Positions 27,758-36,387 of a stretch of DNA of 64,000 nt are shown piece by piece (the first letter of the stretch is position 1; every line of letters starts with the position of its first letter). Location: positions 448,001-512,000 of the forward strand of contig JBBCJC010000001.1 in assembly GCA_037189525.1 (NCBI GenBank). The letters are read 5' to 3'. The notes beneath the pieces were generated by a model, which was not told the origin of the DNA, did not search any database, and saw only the letters and a program-made list of their open reading frames with translations. Position numbers and translations under genes: made by a program. This DNA is from Gemmatimonadales bacterium (GTDB taxonomy: Bacteria > Gemmatimonadota > Gemmatimonadetes > Gemmatimonadales > GWC2-71-9).

Positions 27758-30733
27758 GTGACGCTCATCGACACGCTGGAATCGATTGCCAGACTGGAAG
27801 ACCTGCCCGGCCTGGCGCTGGAACTGCGATTCGACCCGACCTGGCACGAAATCGAACCGGCCAGCCTGGGAATAGACGACCCGACGATATCCCGGCTCGC
27901 GCTGGTGGGCCGTCAGGGCGGCCTGCAGCTGATGGCTGCGCAATCCGGGCACCCCGAAGCTGCCGCTCACCGCCTGGCCAGGAGCACGGCGCGGCGCGGA
28001 CTCCTGGCGCTGGTGGTCGGGTTCGACCCGTTGCGGCGGCGCCTGGCGTTCGCAGCGAGCGTCGCAGATGCGCCGGTGGCTGTAATGACCACGACGCGGC
28101 TCCGCCCGATCGACGTCCGGATCCTCGAGCGCGGCGCGAGTCACCGCGACGGCCTGGCCCTGACGCGATGCCTCAGTTGGGCCGACGCGCTGGCGGGACG
28201 AACGCTCGACCAGCGCTTCTTCCGGCAATTCCGCGCCACCCTCGCGGCGGCCGTGGCCGAGTTGCCCGGGCGAATTCCGGGACGCGATCGGCACGCGCTG
28301 GCGCTGCTCGACCTGACCCGGGTCCTCTTTCTCTATTTCGTTCAGGAGCGCGGCTGGCTCGACGGCCGACCGCGGTTCCTGGCCGAGGAACTGGACCGGG
28401 TGCTGCAGAGCGGCGGCGGGGTCGCGCGGCGCTTGCTCCGCCCCCTGTTTTTCGGCACCCTCAACCGGCCGATCGATCGCCGCTCCACTACGGCGCGGAA
28501 ATTCGGCCGGATTCCGTTCCTCAACGGCGGGCTCTTCGAACCGCATCCGCTGGAACGGCGCTGGCAGGCGGAGCTTCCGGACAGCTTCTGGATCGATGCC
28601 TTCGAACAGCTCTTCGAACGGTATCACTTCACCATCGGGTCGGAGGTCGGCCCCCGCGCCGCCATCGGTCCCGACATGCTCGGCCGGGTCTTCGAAGGCG
28701 TGATGGATCCGGAAACACGCCGCGCCACGGGAGCGTTCTACACACCGAGCGCGCTGGTCGACCAGCTGGTCCGCGCCTCCCTCGAAGCGTGGCTGGCTGG
28801 TAAGCTCGGCTGCCGGATCGACGAAGCGCGTGCCGAGCTTGCGCAGCTCACCCCGCGAGTTCTCGAGGCAGTCCGGGAGGTGACCGTACTCGACCCGGCC
28901 GCTGGAAGCGGCGCGTTCCTGCTGGGCGCCCTCCGCCTGCTCGTTACCCTCAGAGTCCGCAGCGGGGAGGATGCCGCGGCAGCTACACGAAACGTGATTG
29001 CGACCAATCTCTTCGGCGTCGACATCAGCCCGAACGCGGTGCACCTGGCGGAATTGCGGTTGTGGCTCGAAGTGATTCGATCGGATCGCGACGCGCCTCC
29101 GGACGAGATTGCGCCGCTGCCGAACCTGGACGCTCTGATCCGCCAGGGAGACAGCGTTCTGGAGCGCCACGATCTCCCGGTCGCGCTGCGCGGGGCAGCC
29201 GCGGACCGGCTTCGAGAGCTGCGCACGCGCGTACTGACCGCCACCGGCGAAGCGAAACGCGCCGCCATCCGATCGCTCCGGCGGGCGGAGCACGATGCGA
29301 TGGGACGCGCGCTGGAAGCCGCGATCGAGAACCTGGAGCGGAAAATCAGGGACCTGGTGGCGAGCGGAACCGGACGCTCCCTCTTCGGCGATACGTCGAC
29401 CTTGTCTCGCGCCGGGCGAGGGGAACTCCGCCGCCTCCGCACCGAGCGATCCCGGCTGCGTGCCGCCCGTCGCCGGCTAGTCTCCAACGGCATCCTCCCG
29501 TGGTTCCACTTCGGATCGCAGTTTGCCGACCTGATGGACCGGGGCGGCTTCGACCTGATCGTCGGGAACCCGCCCTGGGTCCGCGCCGAACACCTGTCGC
29601 CGCAGGAACGGGAGAGTCTCAAACGGCGCTACGAGTGGTTCCGGGCGCGACCGTCCCCACGTCGAGGCTTTGCGCCGGTAGCGGACCTGGCGGTGGCCTT
29701 TCTCCAGCGCAGCCTGGAACTGGCCCACCCGTCCGGGGTGGCCGGCCTGCTGCTGCCCGCCAAGCTGCTGACCGCGCAGTACGGCTCCCTGGCACGGGAG
29801 CGTTTGGCCGAGCGCCATACGATCCACCTCGCTGCGGACCTGCCGGATGCGGCGGCCGGATTCGATGCCCTGGTCTACCCGCTCGCGCTGGTGGTCGGTC
29901 GTGCGGAACCGCCGGCCGGGCACCTGACGGCCACGACCTTCAACGGAGGCGGCAAGTTCGTCCCGCAGGACGCGCTCTCGGGCGCTCCCTGGAGCGCGGT
30001 GCGTCCGGGCGACGAAGCCGCGCTGCTCCGGCGGACCGCCGACGGCCCGCGGCTCGGCCGACAGTTCAGGATCGGGCTGGGCGTCAAAACCGGTGCGGAC
30101 TCGGTGTTCCTCGATCCGAAGGACACCTGCGAACCCGAATTACTTCGGCCGGCCCTCCGCGGGCGCGACATTCGACCGTTTCGCACCACGGCCAAGGCTC
30201 GATTGCTCTGGGCCTACGACGCGAGCGGCCGCCCGCTCGATCGCCTCCCCGCCATGGCGCGCAACTGGATCACTCGGCATGCGCGGCTCCTCGAACGCAG
30301 GGCCGATTTCCGGAGCGGCCCGCTCTGGACCGTATTCCGGACGGACGCGGTGGGACCGCTGTTTCGCGTGGTCTGGGCCGACCTGGCCAGGCAGCTATCG
30401 GCCACGGCGTTGCTGACGGATGCCGAGCAACGAATGGTGCCGCTCAACACCTGCTACTGGCTGGCGACACCGAGCGCCGATTCGGCACTCGCGCTCACGG
30501 CATGGCTCAACAGCGAGCCGATCCGGCACCTGGCTCGCCAGCAGGCAACCGTCGCGGCATCGGGGTATTTCCGCTTCAACGCCTCACTGGTCGGCACGCT
30601 TCCACTGCCCTCCGGTGTACTCGACGACGCGGCGCTGATTCAGATCGGCCGCGCCGGACATCAGGGTAAACCGGTCGATGAAGGTGCGCTGGCCGAGCGC
30701 GTTCTCCGTCTGCTGGGCAACGGGTTCGAGTGA
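27758..30733 (+). CDS. Large N6-adenine/N4-cytosine DNA methyltransferase (Eco57I/type IIG-like, gamma class)
   Basis: IPFLNGGLF, GAFYTP, motif I VLDPAAGSGAFL, GVDI, and motif IV GFDLIVGNPPW. Confidence 0.88.
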   Translation: MTLIDTLESIARLEDLPGLALELRFDPTWHEIEPASLGIDDPTISRLALVGRQGGLQLMAAQSGHPEAAAHRLARSTARRGLLALVVGFDPLRRRLAFAASVADAPVAVMTTTRLRPIDVRILERGASHRDGLALTRCLSWADALAGRTLDQRFFRQFRATLAAAVAELPGRIPGRDRHALALLDLTRVLFLYFVQERGWLDGRPRFLAEELDRVLQSGGGVARRLLRPLFFGTLNRPIDRRSTTARKFGRIPFLNGGLFEPHPLERRWQAELPDSFWIDAFEQLFERYHFTIGSEVGPRAAIGPDMLGRVFEGVMDPETRRATGAFYTPSALVDQLVRASLEAWLAGKLGCRIDEARAELAQLTPRVLEAVREVTVLDPAAGSGAFLLGALRLLVTLRVRSGEDAAAATRNVIATNLFGVDISPNAVHLAELRLWLEVIRSDRDAPPDEIAPLPNLDALIRQGDSVLERHDLPVALRGAAADRLRELRTRVLTATGEAKRAAIRSLRRAEHDAMGRALEAAIENLERKIRDLVASGTGRSLFGDTSTLSRAGRGELRRLRTERSRLRAARRRLVSNGILPWFHFGSQFADLMDRGGFDLIVGNPPWVRAEHLSPQERESLKRRYEWFRARPSPRRGFAPVADLAVAFLQRSLELAHPSGVAGLLLPAKLLTAQYGSLARERLAERHTIHLAADLPDAAAGFDALVYPLALVVGRAEPPAGHLTATTFNGGGKFVPQDALSGAPWSAVRPGDEAALLRRTADGPRLGRQFRIGLGVKTGADSVFLDPKDTCEPELLRPALRGRDIRPFRTTAKARLLWAYDASGRPLDRLPAMARNWITRHARLLERRADFRSGPLWTVFRTDAVGPLFRVVWADLARQLSATALLTDAEQRMVPLNTCYWLATPSADSALALTAWLNSEPIRHLARQQATVAASGYFRFNASLVGTLPLPSGVLDDAALIQIGRAGHQGKPVDEGALAERVLRLLGNGFE

Positions 30734-32913
30734 TCGTCGCGAGCCAGACCGGGCCCGGCCGGCTCGGCTTCTCGGTACCGGCGGCGTTCCGACGGCTCGA
30801 CCCTCGGTGCGCAGCAGGCGTCATCGAGAGCGCCAGAGCTCCTGCGCTGGCTGACGATCCGCCGCCCGCCTGGCTCCGTCCGGATCAGATCGAGACCTTC
30901 AGGGCAGCGCTGGGCATTGCCCGCGCCTTCGGAGGCGTGATGATCGCGACCCCGGTCGGCTCCGGAAAGACGTATCTCGGTTTGGCAGTATCCCACGCAC
31001 TCGACCCGGCGGCGGCGATCGATGCCGTGGTCCCCGCTATCCTCGTGCCCCAATGGCAGCGCATCGCCGCGAGTCTCGGCGTGAGCTGCCGCGTGACGAG
31101 TCACGAGCTGATAAGTCGCGGCGGGCGTATCTCCGGAACCGGGCCGGCCCTGATCGACGAATCGCATCGCTTCCGCAACCCGGCGACCCGTCGCTATCGC
31201 CGCCTCGCGCCCCAACTGCTCGGCCGTCCGGTCGTCTTGCTCACCGCGACACCGGTGGTCAATCGGCGGCATGATCTGTCGACCCAACTCAGCCTGGCCG
31301 TCCGTGACGATGCGCTCGCCCTGTATGGAGTGCCCTCACTCCGCCAGGCGGTCGAAACCGACCCGGAGATCCGCCTGAGGCCGTTGGTTATCCGAGGTCC
31401 GGCCCCGACCGATCGACCGTCCCGCCGCGATACCATCGTCCGCAGCTGGCACGAAGGCGACCGGGCATTTGCTCAGGCCGTTGCTCGGATCGACCGCCTC
31501 AAACTCTCGCGGAGCCCGCCGATCGCTGCGCTGATTCGCGGCGGCCTGCTGCGGGCGCTGGCATCGAGCCCCGCGGCGCTCCTGACCTCGCTCGACGGTT
31601 ACCGCCGCCTGCTCAGCCACGCATCGGATGCACGCCGGGCCGGGCACCCGCTCAACCGGGCAGCGATCCAGTCGATGGTGGCGGGCGATGTCGACCAGCT
31701 CGTGATGTGGGACCTGGTCGACCACACTGATGCGGCTGCGGACCTTGCAGTCGGCGATCTGGCATTGGTCAACCGCCTCGCGACGCAAGCCGGGCACTGG
31801 GCCCGAACGGGAGACGCCAAGACTGCTCACCTGGCAGCGATTCTGGCCGACCGGCGACCGACCCTGGTGTTTTCGACGTTCAAGGACACGGTCGAGCACC
31901 TGCGCCGGCACCTGGCGGGGCCGGGGGTGGCGTGGCTGACCGGCAGCGAGGCGGGATACCAGCAGCGCCGGATGCCGCGGTCACTGGTACTCCAATCCTT
32001 CGACCCCATAACGCGGAGCAACCGAAATCTGCCGGCCACCACCGTGCTGCTGGCGACCGATGTCGCGGCCGAGGGCCTCAACCTCCGCAGCGCGGCCCGG
32101 ATCGTCCACTATGACCTGCCGTGGACGCCGATCCGGCTCGAGCAGCGTGATGGACGGGCCTTGCGTCCGGGTTCTCTGCATCCCGATATCGAGGTGGTCC
32201 GGTTCGAGCTCCCCACTCCGGTGGAAGCGCGCATCGGCGTGGAGGAAATCCTGGCGAGGAAGCGGGCCATCTCACGCCTGGCCCCAACGAGAGAACTGCC
32301 GGAGGATGAGAACCGGGCCGGATGGTGCCGGGTTACCGGAAGTGAGGCTACCGCCCTGTTCCGCATCCGGAACCGGAGATCCGGAGCAACCGGCCTGCTC
32401 GCCCTGACCCGAACTGCCGGAGGGGAATGGCGGGAAATCAGAGATCGCTCCCTCCCGCGCCTCGATTGCATCGAAGCTGGCGACCCTCATCCCGCGGAGA
32501 TCCAGGAGATCCTGGAATCGCTGGCCACTCCGGTCCGCCACGCCGTTGATCGCATCGCTGCCGCGCGACTCGGCGCTTGCCCGGTTGCCGCGGGGGCCCT
32601 GGCGTACCTTCGCGCCGAGACCGCGCGCTATCGGCGCACTCGTGATGCCGACGGGCTTTCCCGAAGCGGAAACGCGCTCTGCTTTCTGCGCCGCGGACAT
32701 ACGGCAGCCGAGGCGATGCTGGTTGATCGGATGGCCGGGGGAGATCGGACCGCGTTCGACCTGGCGGCCCGGATCGGCGCCGCGGAGGACGAATCCGACA
32801 CCCTGACTGCGGACCTCCTGATCCTGGCTATTCCTGCCCGGGCGCCTCAGGTCGTTGTCCCGGCGCGGACGACCTACAGACCGTCCGACGACGTCGCTAC
32901 CTTCAGCCCATGA
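30730..32913 (+). CDS. SNF2-like SF2 helicase
   Basis: PVGSGKT, IDESH, LTATP and LATDVAAEGLNL...VHYDLPWTPIRLEQRDGR; GTGA overlap with the methylase. Confidence 0.85.
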   Translation: MIVASQTGPGRLGFSVPAAFRRLDPRCAAGVIESARAPALADDPPPAWLRPDQIETFRAALGIARAFGGVMIATPVGSGKTYLGLAVSHALDPAAAIDAVVPAILVPQWQRIAASLGVSCRVTSHELISRGGRISGTGPALIDESHRFRNPATRRYRRLAPQLLGRPVVLLTATPVVNRRHDLSTQLSLAVRDDALALYGVPSLRQAVETDPEIRLRPLVIRGPAPTDRPSRRDTIVRSWHEGDRAFAQAVARIDRLKLSRSPPIAALIRGGLLRALASSPAALLTSLDGYRRLLSHASDARRAGHPLNRAAIQSMVAGDVDQLVMWDLVDHTDAAADLAVGDLALVNRLATQAGHWARTGDAKTAHLAAILADRRPTLVFSTFKDTVEHLRRHLAGPGVAWLTGSEAGYQQRRMPRSLVLQSFDPITRSNRNLPATTVLLATDVAAEGLNLRSAARIVHYDLPWTPIRLEQRDGRALRPGSLHPDIEVVRFELPTPVEARIGVEEILARKRAISRLAPTRELPEDENRAGWCRVTGSEATALFRIRNRRSGATGLLALTRTAGGEWREIRDRSLPRLDCIEAGDPHPAEIQEILESLATPVRHAVDRIAAARLGACPVAAGALAYLRAETARYRRTRDADGLSRSGNALCFLRRGHTAAEAMLVDRMAGGDRTAFDLAARIGAAEDESDTLTADLLILAIPARAPQVVVPARTTYRPSDDVATFSP

Positions 32914-33566
32914 CTCGCACTACCACTGTGTTATTCGATCTCGACGGCACCCTGCTGGATTCGATCCAGCTGATCATCGACAGCTACCATCACAGCCTGG
33001 CCACCCATGGCCTGCCCCCGCGGACCGACGCGGAATGGCTTGCCGGGATCGGCACCCCGCTTCGGGTCCAGTTTCGCGACTGGGCCTATGACCCGGTCCT
33101 GTTCGACGCCCTGGTTGAAACCTATCGGGAGTACAACATCTCGAACCACGACAGCCGGTGCCGTGGCTATCCCGGCGCCGTGGAAATGGTCCGCACCATC
33201 CGCGACCGTGGATTTCGGACCGGCCTGGTGACCAGTAAGCAGCGGGCCGGCGCCGAACGGGGCCTTCGGCTCCTGGGCCTCGACGGCGCAATGGACGTCC
33301 TGATCGGTGCGGACGACGTGGTCAATCCGAAGCCACACCCCGAACCGCTGATCAAGGCCGCGGATCATCTCGCGGTCGACCCGCGGAGCGCGATCTACGT
33401 CGGGGACAGCGTCCACGACATGGAGAGCGGCCGGGCGGCAGGAATGCGCACGGCGGCGGCGCTGTGGGGGCCTTTCAGTCAGGACGATTTGGTCCGGACC
33501 AAGCCGGACCATTGGCTTGAAACCCCGGCGGATCTCCTCACGTTGTTGCATCGCGAGACTGCCTGA
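32910..33566 (+). CDS. HAD-family hydrolase, PpaX-like
   Basis: FDLDGTL, VTSK, KPHPEP and VGDSVHD. Confidence 0.9.
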   Translation: MTRTTTVLFDLDGTLLDSIQLIIDSYHHSLATHGLPPRTDAEWLAGIGTPLRVQFRDWAYDPVLFDALVETYREYNISNHDSRCRGYPGAVEMVRTIRDRGFRTGLVTSKQRAGAERGLRLLGLDGAMDVLIGADDVVNPKPHPEPLIKAADHLAVDPRSAIYVGDSVHDMESGRAAGMRTAAALWGPFSQDDLVRTKPDHWLETPADLLTLLHRETA

Positions 33567-33777
33567 AGCCTTTCACACCGGGGAGGCGCAGCTCAACCGT
33601 CTGCAAGCCGCGCAAATTACCCTGCTCCAGGCGGTAGACGGCAAGCCGATCAGCGAAATCGCCGTTGCCTCGCCGTTTGCACCGGGCAAGACCTATAACC
33701 TGTACTCGTGCTTCAGCATCCTGCCGCGCCACCAGCACCGGCATCTCTGGCAGGCCGAGCAGATCTGGGGAGCCTGA
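33564..33777 (+). pseudogene. C-terminal fragment of a DinB-family gene
   Basis: SPFAPGKTYNLYSCFSILPRHQHRHLWQAEQI* resembles a DinB C-terminus (HxxRHxxQ); no N-terminal half or credible start. Confidence 0.55.
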
Positions 33778-33936
33778 AACGGACCTCAGGCGAAGGCCGT
33801 CTGATGCGTGACGGCCGGGTCCACGAACGGATCTGAAACAATTGATCGTACATATTACGTACAATTGACCGGACCTTTCGTGCATGTGAAGTACGAGCTA
33901 CCTTCTGGCCACCCTCCCTTCTGCTCGAGGCAAACG

Positions 33937-35568
33937 TTGCCGTCTTTGCTCCGCTCACTGGCCGTCGCCCTGATCGCCTTCGCGCCGGCGGCCGCTGCCG
34001 GTCAGGCGGCTCCGCGCTTCGACGTGACCATCGCCCCGACCGCCCATGCCGGCCCAGTGACCGGCCGTCTGCTCGTGATCGTCTCCAAGACCAATCAGGC
34101 AGAACCTCGGCTGATGATATCGCCGTCGGGGCCGGCCATCTTCGGCGTGGACCTCGAAGCCGTCACGCCGGGACGATCCATCACGGTCGACCGCCGCGCC
34201 ATCGGATTTCCGACCAGCCTGGACTCGCTGCCGCCGGGAGAGTACTGGGTTCAAGCCCTGGTCCGGGTCTACTCCGAAGTCCGGCGAGCCGATGGGAAGA
34301 CCCTCTGGCTGCCGATGAACGACGGCCGGATTGCGCCGTTCAACAACGAGGCCGGCGCCCTGGTGAGCGAGGTACAGCAGGTGCGCATCGACGGCAGCAC
34401 CCCGATCCGCCTCACCCTGACGCGCGCCCTTCCGGAAACGCCGCCGCCCGCCGAGACGGATTGGGTCAAGCGGGTGAGGGTCCAGAGCAAAAAGCTCTCT
34501 GCGTTCTGGGGCCGGCCGATCTACATCTATGCGACGGTCCTGCTGCCCCGGGGATATGCGGAGGAACCGAATCGCCGTTATCCCGCGATCTACACTTTGG
34601 GCCACAACGTTCCGTTTCAGTTCCGGACCGATTCGGTCGGCCGCGGCATCGGCGAGATCAGCCCGGTGACCGGCGTCGAGACCGGCTTCGACTTCTACAA
34701 ATCGTGGAACGCCCCGGACTTTCCGCGGGTGATTGCGATTTCGCTCGAACAGCAAACGCCCTACTTCCCCGACTCCTACTCCACCAACTCCGCCAACAAC
34801 GGCCCCTACGGCGATGCGGTGGTCGAGGAAGTCATTCCGGAACTGGAGCGCCGCTTCCGAATCATCGCCGCTCCCTACGCGCGGCACCTGGAGGGGGCCT
34901 CGACGAGCGGCTGGCAGAGCCTCGCGTTGCAGCTCCACTACCCCGACTATTTCGGCGGCGCCTGGATCTTCCAGCCCGACCCGATCGATTTCAGCCGGCA
35001 TCAGCTGGTCGACATCTATAAGGACGACAACGCCTTCTCGATCCCAGCCGGCCAGTTCATCGCTGCGGAGCGACCGATGCGGCGGACGGTCGAGGGGCAG
35101 CCCGTCTGGACCGTTCGGCAGATGAGCCGGTTCGAGGCCGTGCTCGGATCCAAAGGGCGCTCCGGTTTCCAGTTCAATGCCTGGGAAGCGGTCTACGGTC
35201 CGACCGACGACGAAGGGTATCCCAAGCCGCTCTGGAACCCGCTCACCGGAGTGATCGACAAGTCGGTCGCGGCCTACTGGAAGGAACACGGCTATGACCT
35301 CCGGGACTACGCCGAGCGCAACTGGACAACGTTGGGCCCCAAGCTCCGAGGCAAGCTGCGCTTCTTCCTGCCCGACATGGACGACTTCTACCTGAACGTC
35401 GCGATGTACCGGTTCGAAGACTTTCTGAAGCGCGCCCAGCCGGCGAGTGACGCCGAGTTCATCTATGGGCGGCCGATGAAGGGCCACAGCTGGCATCCAT
35501 ATCCCTGGGCCGAACTGGTGCGGCGCTTTGCCGCGGCAGTCGAGGCCAACACTCCCACGACTCGCTAA
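33937..35568 (+). CDS. Secreted alpha/beta-hydrolase-fold protein (putative esterase)
   Basis: Signal peptide, SANNGPYGDA, GASTSG nucleophile elbow, and KGHSW; TTG start inferred. Confidence 0.78.
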   Translation: MPSLLRSLAVALIAFAPAAAAGQAAPRFDVTIAPTAHAGPVTGRLLVIVSKTNQAEPRLMISPSGPAIFGVDLEAVTPGRSITVDRRAIGFPTSLDSLPPGEYWVQALVRVYSEVRRADGKTLWLPMNDGRIAPFNNEAGALVSEVQQVRIDGSTPIRLTLTRALPETPPPAETDWVKRVRVQSKKLSAFWGRPIYIYATVLLPRGYAEEPNRRYPAIYTLGHNVPFQFRTDSVGRGIGEISPVTGVETGFDFYKSWNAPDFPRVIAISLEQQTPYFPDSYSTNSANNGPYGDAVVEEVIPELERRFRIIAAPYARHLEGASTSGWQSLALQLHYPDYFGGAWIFQPDPIDFSRHQLVDIYKDDNAFSIPAGQFIAAERPMRRTVEGQPVWTVRQMSRFEAVLGSKGRSGFQFNAWEAVYGPTDDEGYPKPLWNPLTGVIDKSVAAYWKEHGYDLRDYAERNWTTLGPKLRGKLRFFLPDMDDFYLNVAMYRFEDFLKRAQPASDAEFIYGRPMKGHSWHPYPWAELVRRFAAAVEANTPTTR

Positions 35569-35595
35569 CCGTCCCACCCGACGAAGGACCGACCC

Positions 35596-36330
35596 ATGTC
35601 CAATTCCGAACGCCGCGAGCTTCGCATCCTGCGCATCTACGGCCTGATGGCCACCCTGCTGCTCACCTGGTTCAGCGTGAGCGCCTTCCAGGCTCAGCCC
35701 GACAAGGTCCGCTTCACGGAAATCGATGTCGAGCGCATCAACGTTGTGGAGCCGGATGGCAGTTACCGGATGGTCATTTCCAACCGGCCGCGCTCGATCG
35801 GCCCGATCTTCAAGGGCAAGCCATTCGGGTATCCGGGCGGCGGGCGTCCCGGAGTCATCTTCTTCAATGACGAAGGCACCGAGAACGGCGGACTGACCTT
35901 TACCGGCAAGACCGACGCGAACGGGCGCTATCAGTCGAGCTTGCACATGTCGTTCGACCAGTTCAACCAGGACCAGGTCATGGTCCTCAACTATCAGGAC
36001 GACACCGACACCAAGCGGACCGGCATCACCTTTGCCGAGCGGGCGCCGATTCCGATCATCGAAATGGTCGAAGAGATGGAGAAGATCCGGGCCATGCCGG
36101 ACGGACCCGCCAAGGAAGCTGCGCAGAAGAAGTTCGGCGAGCCTCGGAACGGTGTTCCTCTGTACGCCGAGCGCGCCTATCTCGGCCGCAATATCCAGAA
36201 GGCGTCGGTCCTCCGGCTGGCCGACCCGAACGGCAAGCCGCGCATTCTGATCCAGGTCGACTCGCTCGGCAATCCGAGCCTCGAGTTCCTGGACGCCAAC
36301 GGCAAGGTGACGAACCGCTTCCCGCAGTAA
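35596..36330 (+). CDS. Hypothetical protein with an N-terminal TM or signal segment
   Basis: AAGGA RBS, strong codon bias, and IDVERINVVEPDG...FFNDEGTENGGL. Confidence 0.75.
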   Translation: MSNSERRELRILRIYGLMATLLLTWFSVSAFQAQPDKVRFTEIDVERINVVEPDGSYRMVISNRPRSIGPIFKGKPFGYPGGGRPGVIFFNDEGTENGGLTFTGKTDANGRYQSSLHMSFDQFNQDQVMVLNYQDDTDTKRTGITFAERAPIPIIEMVEEMEKIRAMPDGPAKEAAQKKFGEPRNGVPLYAERAYLGRNIQKASVLRLADPNGKPRILIQVDSLGNPSLEFLDANGKVTNRFPQ

Positions 36331-36387
36331 CGAACAGCAGTGCGATTCGGGCGGCGCGCCTGCATGGTGCGCCGCCCGAACCGCTTC

